64,000 nt of DNA, from the NCBI GenBank assembly GCA_051294375.1, contig CM119271.1:16126770-16190769 (forward strand), written 5' to 3'. The notes beneath the pieces were generated by a model that saw nothing but the letters and a program-made list of their open reading frames with translations, had not been told where the DNA came from and searched no databases. This document shows, one piece after another, positions 50,896-63,392 of the stretch. Position 1 is the stretch's first letter; each line of letters begins with the position of its first letter. A program made the translations under genes and the position numbers. This DNA comes from Paraspadella gotoi (Eukaryota; Animalia; Chaetognatha).

Positions 50896-53438
50896 ATCCT
50901 CGTCCCGGTTTCGAACTCCCAGCCTCAACGCGGTCTCGAACCCAGTTTTGAACCTCGGAACTCATCTATTTCGCTCACACATCTCGCGATTTCTTAAGAG
51001 GACGACGCCGGCGAATCGAGGAAGACGAGGCTATTCCAGCCTAAGTACGGACGCCGGGCCGCCCGGGGGAAATCGTGGCTGGGGTTATCCAGGTTTGGTA
51101 CGGATCTGAACAGGGTCCGTTGGTCCGTACACCTTCTCGTCCTTCCTTTTTTCCCTATCGGCGGCGATATCGACGACAACAACAACAACATATTTCCGCG
51201 TAGCAGACTTTGCTTTTTACTCTTAACTAAACTTTATTCTATTGCGAAAATTTTAGATTAGACTCAATATTTAAAATCTATACCGCTGTACTTACGATGA
51301 GAAGTACGGATCTTTTTTTGTACAAAGCGGCGCAGTTATCATTAATAATTTAGTTTTCCTTAATCGCGTCGTCGATAATGCTGAGGATGTTTATGGTAAT
51401 TAATCATGATGATGATGATGATGATGGCGATTGTTAATGATGATGATGATGATTATGACAGATGATGTTTATCGCATTAGTAAAATTTCTCGTAAAAGAT
51501 TTTATACGTTAAATGACTTTGGAGACGTGTAAAGCTTTCAATAAATATTGTTATGCTCGAATAGGAAATATAATATTATTACGTAATAATTGCTAAATGT
51601 TTTACTATGTATCGTCTTTGCTGTGCTCTCTCTCTGTTACCACGCTCCTTTTCCGACGAAAGCTTTTCTGCGTTTTGACGACTTCGTCATCCACGTTTAA
51701 ATCGGCGTTGAAATTCACTTGTACATCCACTTTTCGGTAACACGCACTCATATTTTTTGATTTTACGTAGATTTAGTCGCATTTTTGAAGTCGGAGACTC
51801 TCTGGCAGCTGAAGGGGAAACCAAGTTTATGCAGAGTGAATTTGGTCGAGTGTTGCGACTCGTCGATTGATAACAACTGTGATATCTCTCGACTGTCGAG
51901 AAAAGAAGGAACGGTTAGAAAAAAGTGCTATCGCCCCTCCCCCCCCTCCTCCGCCCCGAAACCAAAGCTCTTGAGCCGAACGGCGAGCGAACGAGATCTC
52001 CGCTCGGGGGAACCAAACTCTCTTCTGGCGCTTTACATTTTCTTACATTCCCATTTTCGAGAAATGCCAACGCCTTTCGTTCCTTCCCCACTTTTAATAT
52101 TTAATAAGTTTTTTACTTTGACTGACATTGTCTAAGATTACGAAAATTCGTTTTTTGTTTCCTTAAGAGACGGAATCTCGTTAGCTCGCGCCGCCCGCGC
52201 CATTTATCATCATTACTAAATTAAAATAGTCGCTCATTAATTATTATTATTATTATTACTATTTCGGCTTTCGACTTTTTTTTTGTATTAATTATCGGTC
52301 GTTGTAAGAATCCCGCGCGTCGCGAAAAACGTCCAGTTTTTTCCTTTCTTTCTCTGTTATTGAATCAATTTTTTTTTTTTTTTTGCACAGTGCGAAAAAA
52401 ATGTTATATTATTACGCCTCTTCTTACTGCATGCTTTGACTGCTTCGTTAATCATAATGAATTGCATGTTTTCCAAATCTTTTATTTTAGTATTAAAGAA
52501 TAGGGGAACAGGGAAACTTTTCTTCTGCTAATTGGGTTTTTTTTTTTCCACGTTTGATCTATGTTGTCAGCGATTTTTTAGCAATAAAAAACACAGCAAC
52601 CTACGTGCTTTTTTTTGTCGATTGAAAATTGGGATCGTTACTCGAAATTTTTCAATCGCAAATCGAGAATCCAGAGTTGGAATCAAATTTTTTTCGACAG
52701 TTTGAATAAATTTCACCATTGACAATGTTTTAAAAATTAATATCTTTAAGAGTAGATTCGAGAAAAATATGAAGTAAAGTTAAAATTAATTAATTTTCAT
52801 CTCTTTGTAAATCGATTATTATAAATCTCTGTTTTCCTGTCAGATCTTTTTTGTTAGATTGTTCCGAATTCAAAGTAGCCACCCTCCTCTTTACAATATA
52901 TTTACGCCTTCGTGTTTATTAAATTTTAAATAAATGTTTTTAAGTTTGTTGTTTTTAAGTTTGATCGTTGTAAGGGTAACATTTTTAATTAATAATTATC
53001 AAGTTATTTTTAATTCTCTCTCTCCGATTTTCCTCACGGATTAAAAAATCCAATCATGTTTTTCGCTGCATCAATTTTTTTCTATTCGTTTACTTTTTTT
53101 TTTGACCCTCAACCGCCGCCCGCCTAAGATGGAACTTATTTTTAAACGACAAGATATTAATTGACATTAACATATTAAATATCTTTGACTTGGAGTGGTG
53201 GACTTGATAAATTTTAAATGATCATAAATGAGCGAAGATGATCTTAGGCGGCACGGTAGGGCTCGGTCGCGGATGCGCCAATTGCGCCGCCCTCCCCATT
53301 TCTTGTTTAGTTTCCACATTTTTTAAAATTTTTTATAAAAGTTTGTATTTTTTAGGTTTTTTTATTTTTTATTTTTAATCGTGCAATTCGTTGATGATAA
53401 TTCCGCCCTTAGTTTTCTTCTTCTTCTTCCTTCCCTCC

Positions 53439-53478
<40 letters not shown>

Positions 53479-53631
53479 ACAAAAAAAAAAAAATCCTCGT
53501 TTCTTTATTTAGTTGAATCCATCATTAATTACGGTATGTTTTTTTAAAAATAGATTAATAAATTTCGAACGAATCCAAAAACTCAATTCTTTTCGCTTCT
53601 CGCAACGACGACGACAATAACGACGACGACG

Positions 53632-54557
53632 ATGTCCGCCTTAAAGAAATTGATTCCCTTCGCGGATCGAGTCTTAGTCCAGAGATTCTCAGCGGAGACG
53701 ACGACCAAAGGTGGAATCGTTTTGCCCGAGAGTTCCAAGACCAAGGTAAGGGAAAAGGGCAAACTTATTTTTTTTTAGGCCGGATGCGGGTTGGGGTTGA
53801 CTCTAAGTCATCACCTCGAGCCTTTTTATGATAGTCGATTTTTAATTTACTTTAAATCTTTATCAGTTCATATTATTTTATTAATTAAATACGTCTGGAA
53901 GAAACTTTCGTGGATTCATCATCGGAGTATTTATCCATTTTGTATAGGCTATTAATTTGTTTACGAACCATGTGTTGCGCCGCAGTTTATTTTCACCTGT
54001 GGACACATGACAACAATAACTTTCTGAGCCCGTGTATTTATTACACGCAATGCATCGGAATTTCGTCTTTTATTTTTTGTTTTAGGATTTCCTGAAGGCG
54101 GGACTAGCAGTCACTTAGCTAATTATGAGCATTTTTAATGCAAGTGGGACCGACCGACAGACCGACCGAAAAGTGACTTATAGAGTACTCGCGGCGCAAT
54201 TAATAAAACGTTTTTCCCGATCAATATAAATTATATGTAGGACTCAAATATATACGTTAGATAATATCAAGGCCCAAATAAGCCGGGCTTCTCTCGATTT
54301 GTTTTCTCTTTCCCGTTAAATTTTAAAATGAGCTTGCCCTCCCCCCCTCGCGTCTCTCTCCTCAGGTCCACAACGCTAAAGTAATCGCCGTCGGCCCCGG
54401 ACGTCTCACCGATTCCGGCAAAGTCGTCCCCTGCTCCGTCTCTCCCGGCGACGTCGTCCTTTTGCCGGAATTCGGCGGAACCAAAGTCGAGACGGATGAC
54501 GAGACGGAGATGCTGCTCTTCCGAAGCGGCGACCTCTTGGGGAAGTGGGATAAGTGA
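53632..54557 (+). CDS. HSPE1: 10 kDa mitochondrial chaperonin Hsp10/cpn10, copy A (exons 53632-53745, 54366-54557; 101 aa)
   Basis: MSALKKLIPFADRVLVQRFSAETTTKGGIVLPESSKTK|VHNAKVIAVGPGRLTDSGKVVPCSVSPGDVVLLPEFGGTKVETDDETEMLLFRSGDLLGKWDK*; absent from the ORF track because of the intron. Confidence 0.96.
54027..54202 (+). repeat. Dispersed repeat family B copy in the Hsp10-A intron
   Basis: Colinear with 11102-11310. Confidence 0.65.
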
Positions 54558-55031
54558 AACCGGCGCCGCGTGTGGGATTGCGACGCGGCGCCGAAGGAAT
54601 CGCCGGCGTCATTACGAAAACAGAGAGAAAATCGTCACTGACTCGTTTTTGCTGCGTTAAAAGATCGAAGCAAATTTGGGGGCAAAATTGTGATCGATCG
54701 ATTGATGGATTGATTGACTGTGCGTCGTTCGAACTGTGGAGACTCGAATTTCGTTTTTGTGATTCTTTTTTTCCCCTTTTTTTTCGGTTTCCCCGCCGAC
54801 ATTGGAGGCCTTTGTACGGGCTTTGCTCCGGCCTGTGTACGTGCCTTTTTGTAGGCTTTTCGTACTCTCCCCGAGACAATGCTCGTCCAAGCGCCTTTCT
54901 TTTTATTTCACGTTAAGTTTTTTTTGCCAAATTTACAGTCGAAAGAAGTTGAGTCAACATTCCCTTTTGATTTCGACTCTTTTTTTTGACTGTCTCTGTC
55001 TCGCGATCTCTCTTTCCGTCTCGCTCTCGCG

Positions 55032-55622
55032 ATGGCTTCCTCCTTAAAACGACTCCTTCCCCTCGCCGATCGAGTCCTCGTTCGTCGCGCTGTCGTCGAC
55101 ACCAAAACGAAAGGAGGAATTTATTTGCCTGAGAAGTCGACGAAGAAGGTGAGGGGTTAGGGTGTTGTGGGGGAAGGAAAGGGTGGATGGGAATCGATCG
55201 AGGTCTGGCCGATGGATGAATTTGTTAGAGATGGCTTGTTTCATACTCATGAAGTCACGTTGGTACTAAAATGAGTAAATCATTTCAAGAATAAAAAATT
55301 ATTTAATTCGTTGGATAAAATTAATTAACAAAGCAAGATCGATGGAAATCTATGACAGCCACCGAGAGTAAATACTAAATAAACTTTTCGTAAATTAGTA
55401 ACCATTTGATAATTACCTCCCCCCCCCTTTCAGGCCAGCGACGCGACGGTGGTTGCCGTGGGTCCAGGCGCCGTGTCGGACAACGGAGACGTCATCCCTC
55501 TGACGGTGAAACCCGGAGACAGCGTCCTCTTGCCCGAATACGGAGGAACCAAAGTGGAAGTCGACGACGGCGACGAAATGTTCCTCTTTCGCGAGGGCGA
55601 CCTCTTGGGGAAATGGAATTGA
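55032..55622 (+). CDS. HSPE1: 10 kDa mitochondrial chaperonin Hsp10/cpn10, copy B (exons 55032-55148, 55434-55622; 101 aa)
   Basis: MASSLKRLLPLADRVLVRRAVVDTKTKGGIYLPEKSTKK|ASDATVVAVGPGAVSDNGDVIPLTVKPGDSVLLPEYGGTKVEVDDGDEMFLFREGDLLGKWN*. Confidence 0.96.
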
Positions 55623-56058
55623 GAGAGGGCGTCCTCTCTGGCGGATTGGAACCGAAACGAGCCTCTTTAGAGTGAAATGTGACGCTGTTTCTGTCAGTTG
55701 ACGTCGGTGTGACTCGGAAAAACTAAATCGTGTGACATAATTTCGCTGCTTACAATATCAACAATGACATTATTCTGTCCCATGTGATTTTTCGGAAGAC
55801 GAGGGATGAAGACGTCGGGTTTCGAACGACGATGATTCTTTTTGTCATTAATTTTTGTCACTTTTTCTCTTTTGTCATTCCATCCCCTGTCAGCCCTGAA
55901 GGAAATTAGTTCATAATGGACCCCTCGAAGCTTCATCCCTCTGTCGTTTAAAGAGAGGAAGAGACTTTCAGTCTAATTGCGTTTCGTTATATTGTTTATT
56001 TTGCAGAAGGAAATTTTCTTCTCTTTAACCGAACTCGTTTTATAAAGACCAAACCGGG

Positions 56059-59000
56059 ATGGCGGGCAACGGTCTGCCCAACTTCAACGCCTCCGCATCC
56101 TCCTTTCTTCCCACGTCCCTGGGTCAGATGTCCGCCTCGGCCGTCAACCCACAGGGGGCGCTCGGCCTCCAAGCCATGGGACTCGGCATTTTGGGTCAGA
56201 GTCCCGCGGGAACTTTTCCCCCTCGCGGCGGCGCCGCCGCTGCCTCGGCCAACGCCGCCGCAGCCGCCGCGGCTCTCTTTCCTCCCGGCGTCGGCTTTAA
56301 CGTGACGGCGCCGGCCGGGATGAGCGCCGGCGGGTCGAGAATGGCGCCGGCGATGGGGGGCGTGGCCGCGGCGGGTCTTACCGGCGCCCCGCTCGGCATG
56401 GCGTCCGGCGGAGGCAGGGGAGATCTTTTGGCCGCAATCGCAATGGGGCTGCCGGGTCTGCAGGATCGCGAGTCGGAACGGTGAGGTTGGGAAGGTTAGG
56501 TCGATGCAGAGAAATATTGAAGAAATTGAAGAAAAAGAAAAAGAAATGGTTAAATGATTAAATGATTAATTAAGTAAATGACATTTTAATGTTAATAGAG
56601 ACAAATATCATAATTTTTTCTCTTCTCAGTTTCCGCTTCGAGGGACAAAACAGAGACCGTGATCGAGACCGAGACCGGGACCGCGTCGCCTCCGCCACCG
56701 GCAACCGAATTCCCGGCGCCGACGAAAAGGACGAGGATTCGTGGATTCGTCCGGATCTCGCCGGACGCGATTGGCCCGTCCCCTCTCGCGCTCAACCCGC
56801 CAGCCTCATCCCTCGAGACTGGACCCGCAGAGCCGACGGCGCCGACTCCTTCGGCGCCGCATCTAGCGCCGACGAGGATCTCCGGCGCGGACGAGACGAG
56901 TCTCTCTTCGAACGACGCGGCGACATCGACGAGAGAAAAGGAGGCGACGATCGAGATGACGATGAACGCGACGACGACGATAGACGACGACGACGAAGTC
57001 GGAGTCGAAGCCGCGACAGAGACAGAGACGATCGGGACAGGCGGGACAGAGACAGAGATCGCGATCGCGACAGGGACCGGCGGGATAGAGATAGAGACAG
57101 GCGGCGAGACAGATCGAGGGATAGAGACAATCGTTATTCGCGATACAGAGAAGAAGACGAGAGAAGAGGAGGAAGGGGCGGGTCCAGGGAAAGAGGAGGA
57201 GGAAGAGGAGGAGACAAACTCAATGATCAAACACCAACCAACACCATCATGGCCAGAAATATCCCCATTCATCTCAACGAACGAGAGGTTAGAAGGAATT
57301 GCGATAATAATAATAAGATCGAGTTTCTTAATATCATTTATATATTGCTGTAATTAAGTTCAATCATTCTAATTTTGTTTCAAAATCTAATTTTAGTTTG
57401 TAGTATTGTATTTTCGCTTTGCACCATTTTTCTATCCAAAATTAAGTTCTTGTTTACCTTCTTTATCTTTTTTATTTTTTTTATTTCCCACTTATCTTTT
57501 TAACACCTTATGTTCCTTCTCAAACTTTCCTCCTCTTCCCCTCTCTTTCCCCTCTCTTTCCCCTCTCCCTTTCTCTTCAGGTGCAAAACGAGTTTTTCTC
57601 CTCCTCCTTCGGCTCCCAACTCAAAGACGTTCGCCTCATGAAGCATCGAGACTCTGGGAATTCTCGCGGCTTCGGTTTCGTCGAGTTCCATCGCGTCGCC
57701 GACGCCGCCGCCTTCATGGAGGCCTGCGGCGGTGACTTCGCCATCGGCGGCGGCAAATATCGCCTCGAGCTTAAGTATTCGACGTCGCGTTCGAGCGGCG
57801 GCGGCGGCGGCGACGTCGCCAACGAGGACTGGATGTGCGGAAAATGCAACGGACGCAACTTCAAGCGACGCGAGAATTGCTTCAAATGCGGCATGAGCAA
57901 AGCAGACTCCGTCCGCATCGTCAGTCACGACGGAAACGACGACGTCGGCAGCGTCCCCTCCACGACGCTGCTGCTGCGGGGGCTGGACGCTCTGACGCAG
58001 GAGGACGGAATTCGCGGAGCGCTGCAGGAGGTAAAGGAGCTGTTTGATAACGATTACTTACTTAATTTATATTACTTTAAAAATTAATTATTTAAAAAGC
58101 TGGTTTGTGATTAAAATATACATTGACGACAAATGTTCCTTTTCTCCCTGACCTTTGCCCTACCCTCCCGGGGTTCAGGTCTTCAGTCCCAACCCGATCC
58201 GCGTCCTCAACCTCAAAGTGATGCGCGACAGTCTGACCCACACTTCGCGCGGATTCGCCGTGGCCGAGTTGGCGTCTCTCGCCGATGCTCAGACCCTCTT
58301 TACTCTTCTTAGTCAGAAACCGATGATCGTGGACGGGAAGAGAATCCTCGTCAATTACTCCAAGTCTCCGTACCAGACTGTCGCGTCGGGGATCGTCGCG
58401 GCGCCGATCTCAATGCCGGCGTCAAAACCGCTGCCACCGGGAAATAATCTCGCTCAGGCGGCGACGGCGGCCGCGCTGGCTTCGGCCGCCATGGCGCAGG
58501 CGGGGTCCTGGCCGGTCCTCGGTCTCGTGCCCGCCAGTTTCCCGCTCGTTTCTCTTCCTCAGACGCCGTCCATTCCTCTCTTGACGCCGGGCAGCATGGC
58601 GGTCGCCGCCGCCGCCGCCGCTAACGGACAACAACAGCACCAGCGTCAGCAGTCGCCGCGGCCGGACTTGAAGACTCTGGGTCAGCCGTTGCCCGACGGA
58701 TCGTACCGACGATTTCCGGTGCCCGACACAAACTCTTTTCAGTTCGACGATTCTTCGGGGTTTTATTACGATCCCTTAACTTCGCTTTATTACGACGCCA
58801 ACTCTCAATACTTTTACAACCCGGTGAGCTGATAATTGGGAGCCGTTTTAGTTTATTTATTCTTTCAGGGTTCTTTGTGTAATATATTTATATTTATTAA
58901 AACATTATTTAGGTAATGGTTTTAATTTTGAGGTCAATTAAATCAGTGCTTATACGTAATCATTACTCGATTTAAAATTGGGATTTTGATTTACTCCTTT

Positions 59001-60150
59001 GATTTTTAGGTAACCTGCAAATATTATTACTGGTGCGACCAGCGAAGAACTTACCTCCCGGCTCCAGCGGGTGAGGGGGAAGGGAAGAAAGAAGAAGAGG
59101 AGGCGGAGAAGAAAGAGGAAGGTAAGGGAGGAGAAAAGAAGAAGTCTGGAATGGAGGTAGGGGCGGGTAAGACGAAGAAAGCTGCGGAGATCGCCAAAGA
59201 CATGGAGAGATGGGCAAAGAGACAAAACAAAGAAAAGGCTAAGACAGTGAAGATGGCATCGGGAATGGCGGCGGCGGCGGCCGCCGCTTCGGCTGCGCAG
59301 GTAAGTTTCCAATGTTATGTTACTCCTTCTTTACTAATTTGATTTTTGACAAACAATTTATTTTCAACTTTCACGTCCTCAGGAAAGCAAAACAGCTGAC
59401 GCTGGATTCGCTGCTCTAGAGCGGCGCATGGACGTCGCCGAAGACAAGGCAATCTTAGAGGCGCTGCAGAAGCAGCAGGCGTACGAACGGGCGGCAGCCG
59501 CGGCGGCGGCCGCTGCCTCGGCCACGCAGATGATCGCCTCGTACGGCGGAGATTCGGAAGAGGAAGAAGGCGGCGGGGAGGACGCCGCCAACGCCGCCAG
59601 TCAAGAAGAGAGACTCGTTGACTTTTCCAAATTAGCCTGTCTTCTGTGCAAACGTCAGTTCGCCAGTAAAGAGCAGCTCAACAAGCACGTTCAGCTCTCG
59701 GATCTTCACAAGGAAAACCTTAAGAAAGCACAATTATCAAGAACGCAAAGCGGAGGAGGAGGAGGTGGAGGAGCATCCGCTCCCGGAAGCGGTTATCGCG
59801 ATCGGGCGCAGGAGCGGCGAGAGAAGTTCGGGGCGCCGGAGCCGCCGCAGCCGCGTCGAGGAGGCGGAGGCGTGGAAGCCGCAGCGCCGCCCGTCCCTTA
59901 TCAACAACCGACGGTTCAGGGAATTGGACAGGACAATCGAGGCAACAGACTGTTGAAAAACATGGGATGGTCAGAGGGTCAGGGATTGGGCAAGTCCGGA
60001 CAGGGAAGGACCGCAATCATCGAGACTCAGCGCCGCAGTCAGAACGCCGGGCTAGGCATGCAGGATCTGTACGTGCCACAGCCGGGCGAGACGTACAGGG
60101 ACAGCGTCCAAAATATCACCAGGGCCAGATTTAATCAGGACAGGAATTGA
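56059..60150 (+). CDS. RBM5: RNA-binding protein RBM5/RBM10 family splicing factor, 6 exons
   Basis: RD/RS-rich region, RRM1 (TNTIMARNIP...DVRLMKHRDSGNSRGFGFVEF), RanBP2 finger (DWMCGKCNGRNFKRRENCFKC), RRM2 (TLLLRGLDALT...SRGFAVAEL), OCRE (FQFDDSSGFYYDPLTSLYYDANSQYFYNP), AEIAKDMERWAK, C2H2 (ACLLCKRQFASKEQLNKHVQLSDLH), G-patch (NRGNRLLKNMGWSEGQGLGKSGQG). RBM5 versus RBM10 cannot be separated here. Confidence 0.94.
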
Positions 60151-61298
60151 AGAGGGGGAAGAGGACAGCGGCGTCGGCGGATGATGCTGCTGCTGCTGCA
60201 GCAACAGTAGATCCCTCTCACACAATTTTTGGACAAAAATTCCAGCCTTCAATTGTTCTCGCCTATTGATATTTTTCATGATTTAATTTTGTCAACTGAA
60301 AATGTTTGTAATGTTAAATTCAGTTTAATGTTCAACAATTTTGTTCCCCCTCCCGGTCTCTGGCCTATGCATTGTTTTGCATATAGCGTATAAAATATTG
60401 GCACATTATAAATTACCTTAAGATTACAATTTTGATTTGTCCCTTAATTTGGAAATGAAAAGTTTCTCCAGCTGTAATTGTCTGTAAATTAAAAAAAGTA
60501 TATTGTTGCATCTTTTTTTAAACAGAAATTAATTTACTTCCCTTTCCCTTCCTTTCAAAACCATGTTTCTCCAAAAAAAATAAGGCCTTGAAACATACTA
60601 ACAGTATTAAAATTGGCAAAACCAAACCCCTTAACAAATTCTAACATTTCCACGCATCAACCACCTTTGTCGTATTTTTGGTTTGACGCGAAGCAAAAAT
60701 AAACACTGGATGAATACGAAAAAAAAACAACTAAAAAATGCGACGTATTTATAAATACTGCAATAAAACAAAGTCTTCCTTTATGCGTCGGACAACTCGG
60801 ACATGTCTCTAGTCAAAGTTAACGCGTTTCTTTTTATTTTTATTTGAAACGCGATGCGTCGAATCTCAACATCAGTTAAAATTTAGATTGCTCCATGAGT
60901 TGTCTTCCTTGGAATGCAGCATCAACTCTCTTTTACCTTTGTCAATCATCGCTTGAATTTCTCAACTTATTAACGGTCCATTTTCCTGAGATGCGTTTCT
61001 CTTATCATTCTCTTATTCTTGGCATTTGTCTTCAAGACTTAACACTCTTCCAAAGACTTTAATTTATTAGAAATCTCTTTCGAAAAAGTTAAACCTTAAA
61101 CCTTTTAATTTGTGGCCCAAAGCTTGATCTCCTGACTTCCTTCAGTACACTTTTTTGGGGAATTTGACGAGGTCTTCAAATCTTTAAGCATAGTTCTTTC
61201 TTCATTTGAGTTCGAGTTACGCGCGTCATCTTGATGGGAAAACTCCCAAAGCGCCACCTCTTTTTCCCATCTCCACTTTTCTATGCGTTGTCGTCTTT

Positions 61299-63392
61299 AT
61301 GGGAACGCGTCGACTCCGTCGTAGCCCGAAGCGCGATTTGACCATCTCTCACTTCCGGCTCGAAAGCCCTTGCGAGACCGACGACGCCACGCGGCCCGGC
61401 TGCCCTCTCCTCTCGCCCCCAATGCAGAGGCGGCACTCATGGTGCATGACCATTGAAAGGTAAGAATTTGGGGAGTCGTGGTGCGAGAATGATGGAATCG
61501 TGGTGCGAGAATGATGGAATCGTGGTGCGAGAATGATGGAATCGTGGTGCGAGAATGATGGAATCGTGGTGCGAGAATGATGGAATCGTGGTTCTAGAAT
61601 GATGGTATCGTGGTGCTAGAATGATGGAATCGTGGTGTTAGAATGTTGGAATCGTCGCCCCAGAATTTTGGAATGGTGGCGCCAGAATGATGAAATCATG
61701 GCGTGAGAATGATACAATTGTTGCGCCAGAATTATGGCATCATTGTCCTTCAACTTACCCTCTCAGCGACGTGAACCTTTTGGGCCCAGGCGGCCCCATG
61801 GAGTTGGACGGTTACATGTACGGGTTTCCCGTCGCCGGGAATCGACTCCCGAGCGACGCTTCCCCGTTGCAGACGCCCGTCGAGCCCCTCAACTGCCTGG
61901 ATGGATACGAAAAGGAGACGAGGTAAGTTAAGGCCATTTGGGTCATTCGAATTCGACCTTTTCCCGATATTTTCTTTTGCTTACCCGTTTCTTTTTCCCT
62001 CATCTCTCTTTATCTTTTTTCCTCCCCTTCTTATTTTACTTCCCTTCTCTTCACTTTTTCCTTTCCCTTTTTCCTTTCCCTTTTTCCTTTCCCCTTTTCC
62101 TTTCCCCTTCTTTTTTCCTTCCTTTACATCTTTTTTTCTTATTTTCCCTTCCCTTTCTTCTCTTTCTCTTCACTTCTCTTTTTTCTTTTTCCTTTACCTC
62201 TCTCCTACCATCTTTAGCATCGCCGACAGCGATTCGCGCAAATCCCTTTGGAAATCTTCTTCTGCCGTCAAAGCACCCACTCCCCCGGTTTCCCTGAAGA
62301 AAGCAAAAAGGCCAAAGGTATAATATATAATTTAATTATTAATCTCATTAATTAATCCTTTTTATTATCCTCCCCTCACTCTTTCCCCTTCTTCCTTCTC
62401 TAAAGAACAAAAAACGCGGGGCTGCGTTCGACAGGGACTCTTCCCCCGCGCGGCGCCGCCGCTCCGAATCCGTATGCCTCGCCGCGCTGACGCTGCTCTC
62501 TCTCTTCACTCTCTCCCTCCTCGTTTACTCACTCGTGGAACTACACTCGTTGACTCTGCGCCACGGGGCGCTGGAGTCGGAGGTGGAGCGATTGAAGGGA
62601 GGAGGAGGAGCGGGGAGATGGAACGAGCCTGAGTTGAGGTAAGCGGAGAGAAGCGGGGAAAAGGGGAAAGACTGATGAAATGGTTGATGAAAGGAAAGAA
62701 AAGAATATTAAAGGGAATTTTATGATACAATAATGAATAATAATAAAAAATATTAAGAATAATAATATGACAGAAATGGAGTAGAAAATATTGAATTACA
62801 CTCACCATTATGCGGCTTCAGTATTCTCTCAAGATTTTCTGATTTGAAAAAACCTTTATTCTCCCTTTTTGTCTCTCAAGGCAACGAATCTGGGACGTGA
62901 TTTTGGCGGAAAACGAGGACGTCGATCGTGTCAACAACAACAACAACGACATCGCCGATTCGAAAAAACTTTCTTCCTCCGCCAGTTGCGCTCTTTTCGA
63001 TTTCGTCGTCGCCTGTCGAAAGGACCGACCTTCCAACGTCTCGTCCGCCCGCCGCAGCCCAGCCGATTTTGTCGCGTTCGCCGCCGCCGCCGCCTCCGCC
63101 GCTCCGTGTCCCGCCGACGACGCAGATTGTCGTCGCAAGTCAGCCTCCGCCGCCGCCTCCCCGCCCCGCGAGTCCGCCGACGCCGCCTCGGCCTACAATC
63201 AATATCAGTCACTGCGAAACCCCGACGATTCCGGATCCGCTGTCGGTCCGCCGGGCGTGCCGGGACCCCAAGGCCCACAAGGGGTGCCCGGCCCGCCGGG
63301 ACCGAGAGGCCCTAAGGGGCCCAAAGGAAACCCGGGTCAACCCTGCACGAAGGCCATGTGTCTAAAGCAAATGGTGAAGTCAGCTTTTACTG
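61299..63392 (+). CDS. Type II transmembrane protein with coiled coil and short collagen domain (5' part; continues beyond window)
   Basis: In-frame exons 61299-61459, 61767-61922, 62218-62317, 62406-62638, 62881-63392: basic RRRR, hydrophobic VCLAALTLLSLFTLSLLVYSLV, LTLRHGALESEVERLK, then 11 Gly-X-Y triplets GPPGVPGPQGPQGVPGPPGPRGPKGPKGNPGQP; ends at a GT donor. Confidence 0.75.
61476..61655. repeat. 22-bp minisatellite (tcgtggtgcgagaatgatggaa)n, ~8 units, degenerating 3'-ward
   Basis: Head-to-tail units without spacers, inside an intron. Confidence 0.93.

Noticed and set aside
52600-53630. Divergent Hsp60 gene or heat-shock elements upstream of Hsp10-A
   Set aside because: No chaperonin-60 coding sequence on the minus strand and no convincing array of three alternating nGAAn units.
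53632-55622. Bacterial groES contamination or horizontal transfer
   Set aside because: Both copies have GT-AG introns and the mitochondrial-type LLPE(Y/F)GGTKV motif.
56592-57272. Long minus-strand and alternative-frame ORFs over GC-rich exons (also 20793-21404, 26666-27378, 62869-63365)
   Set aside because: Shadows of GC-rich, repetitive coding exons with few stop codons; the + frame carries the recognisable protein.
61476-61655. Regular 22-bp repeats resembling a CRISPR array
   Set aside because: Units are contiguous with no unique spacers, lie in a spliceosomal intron, and there are no cas genes; it is a minisatellite.
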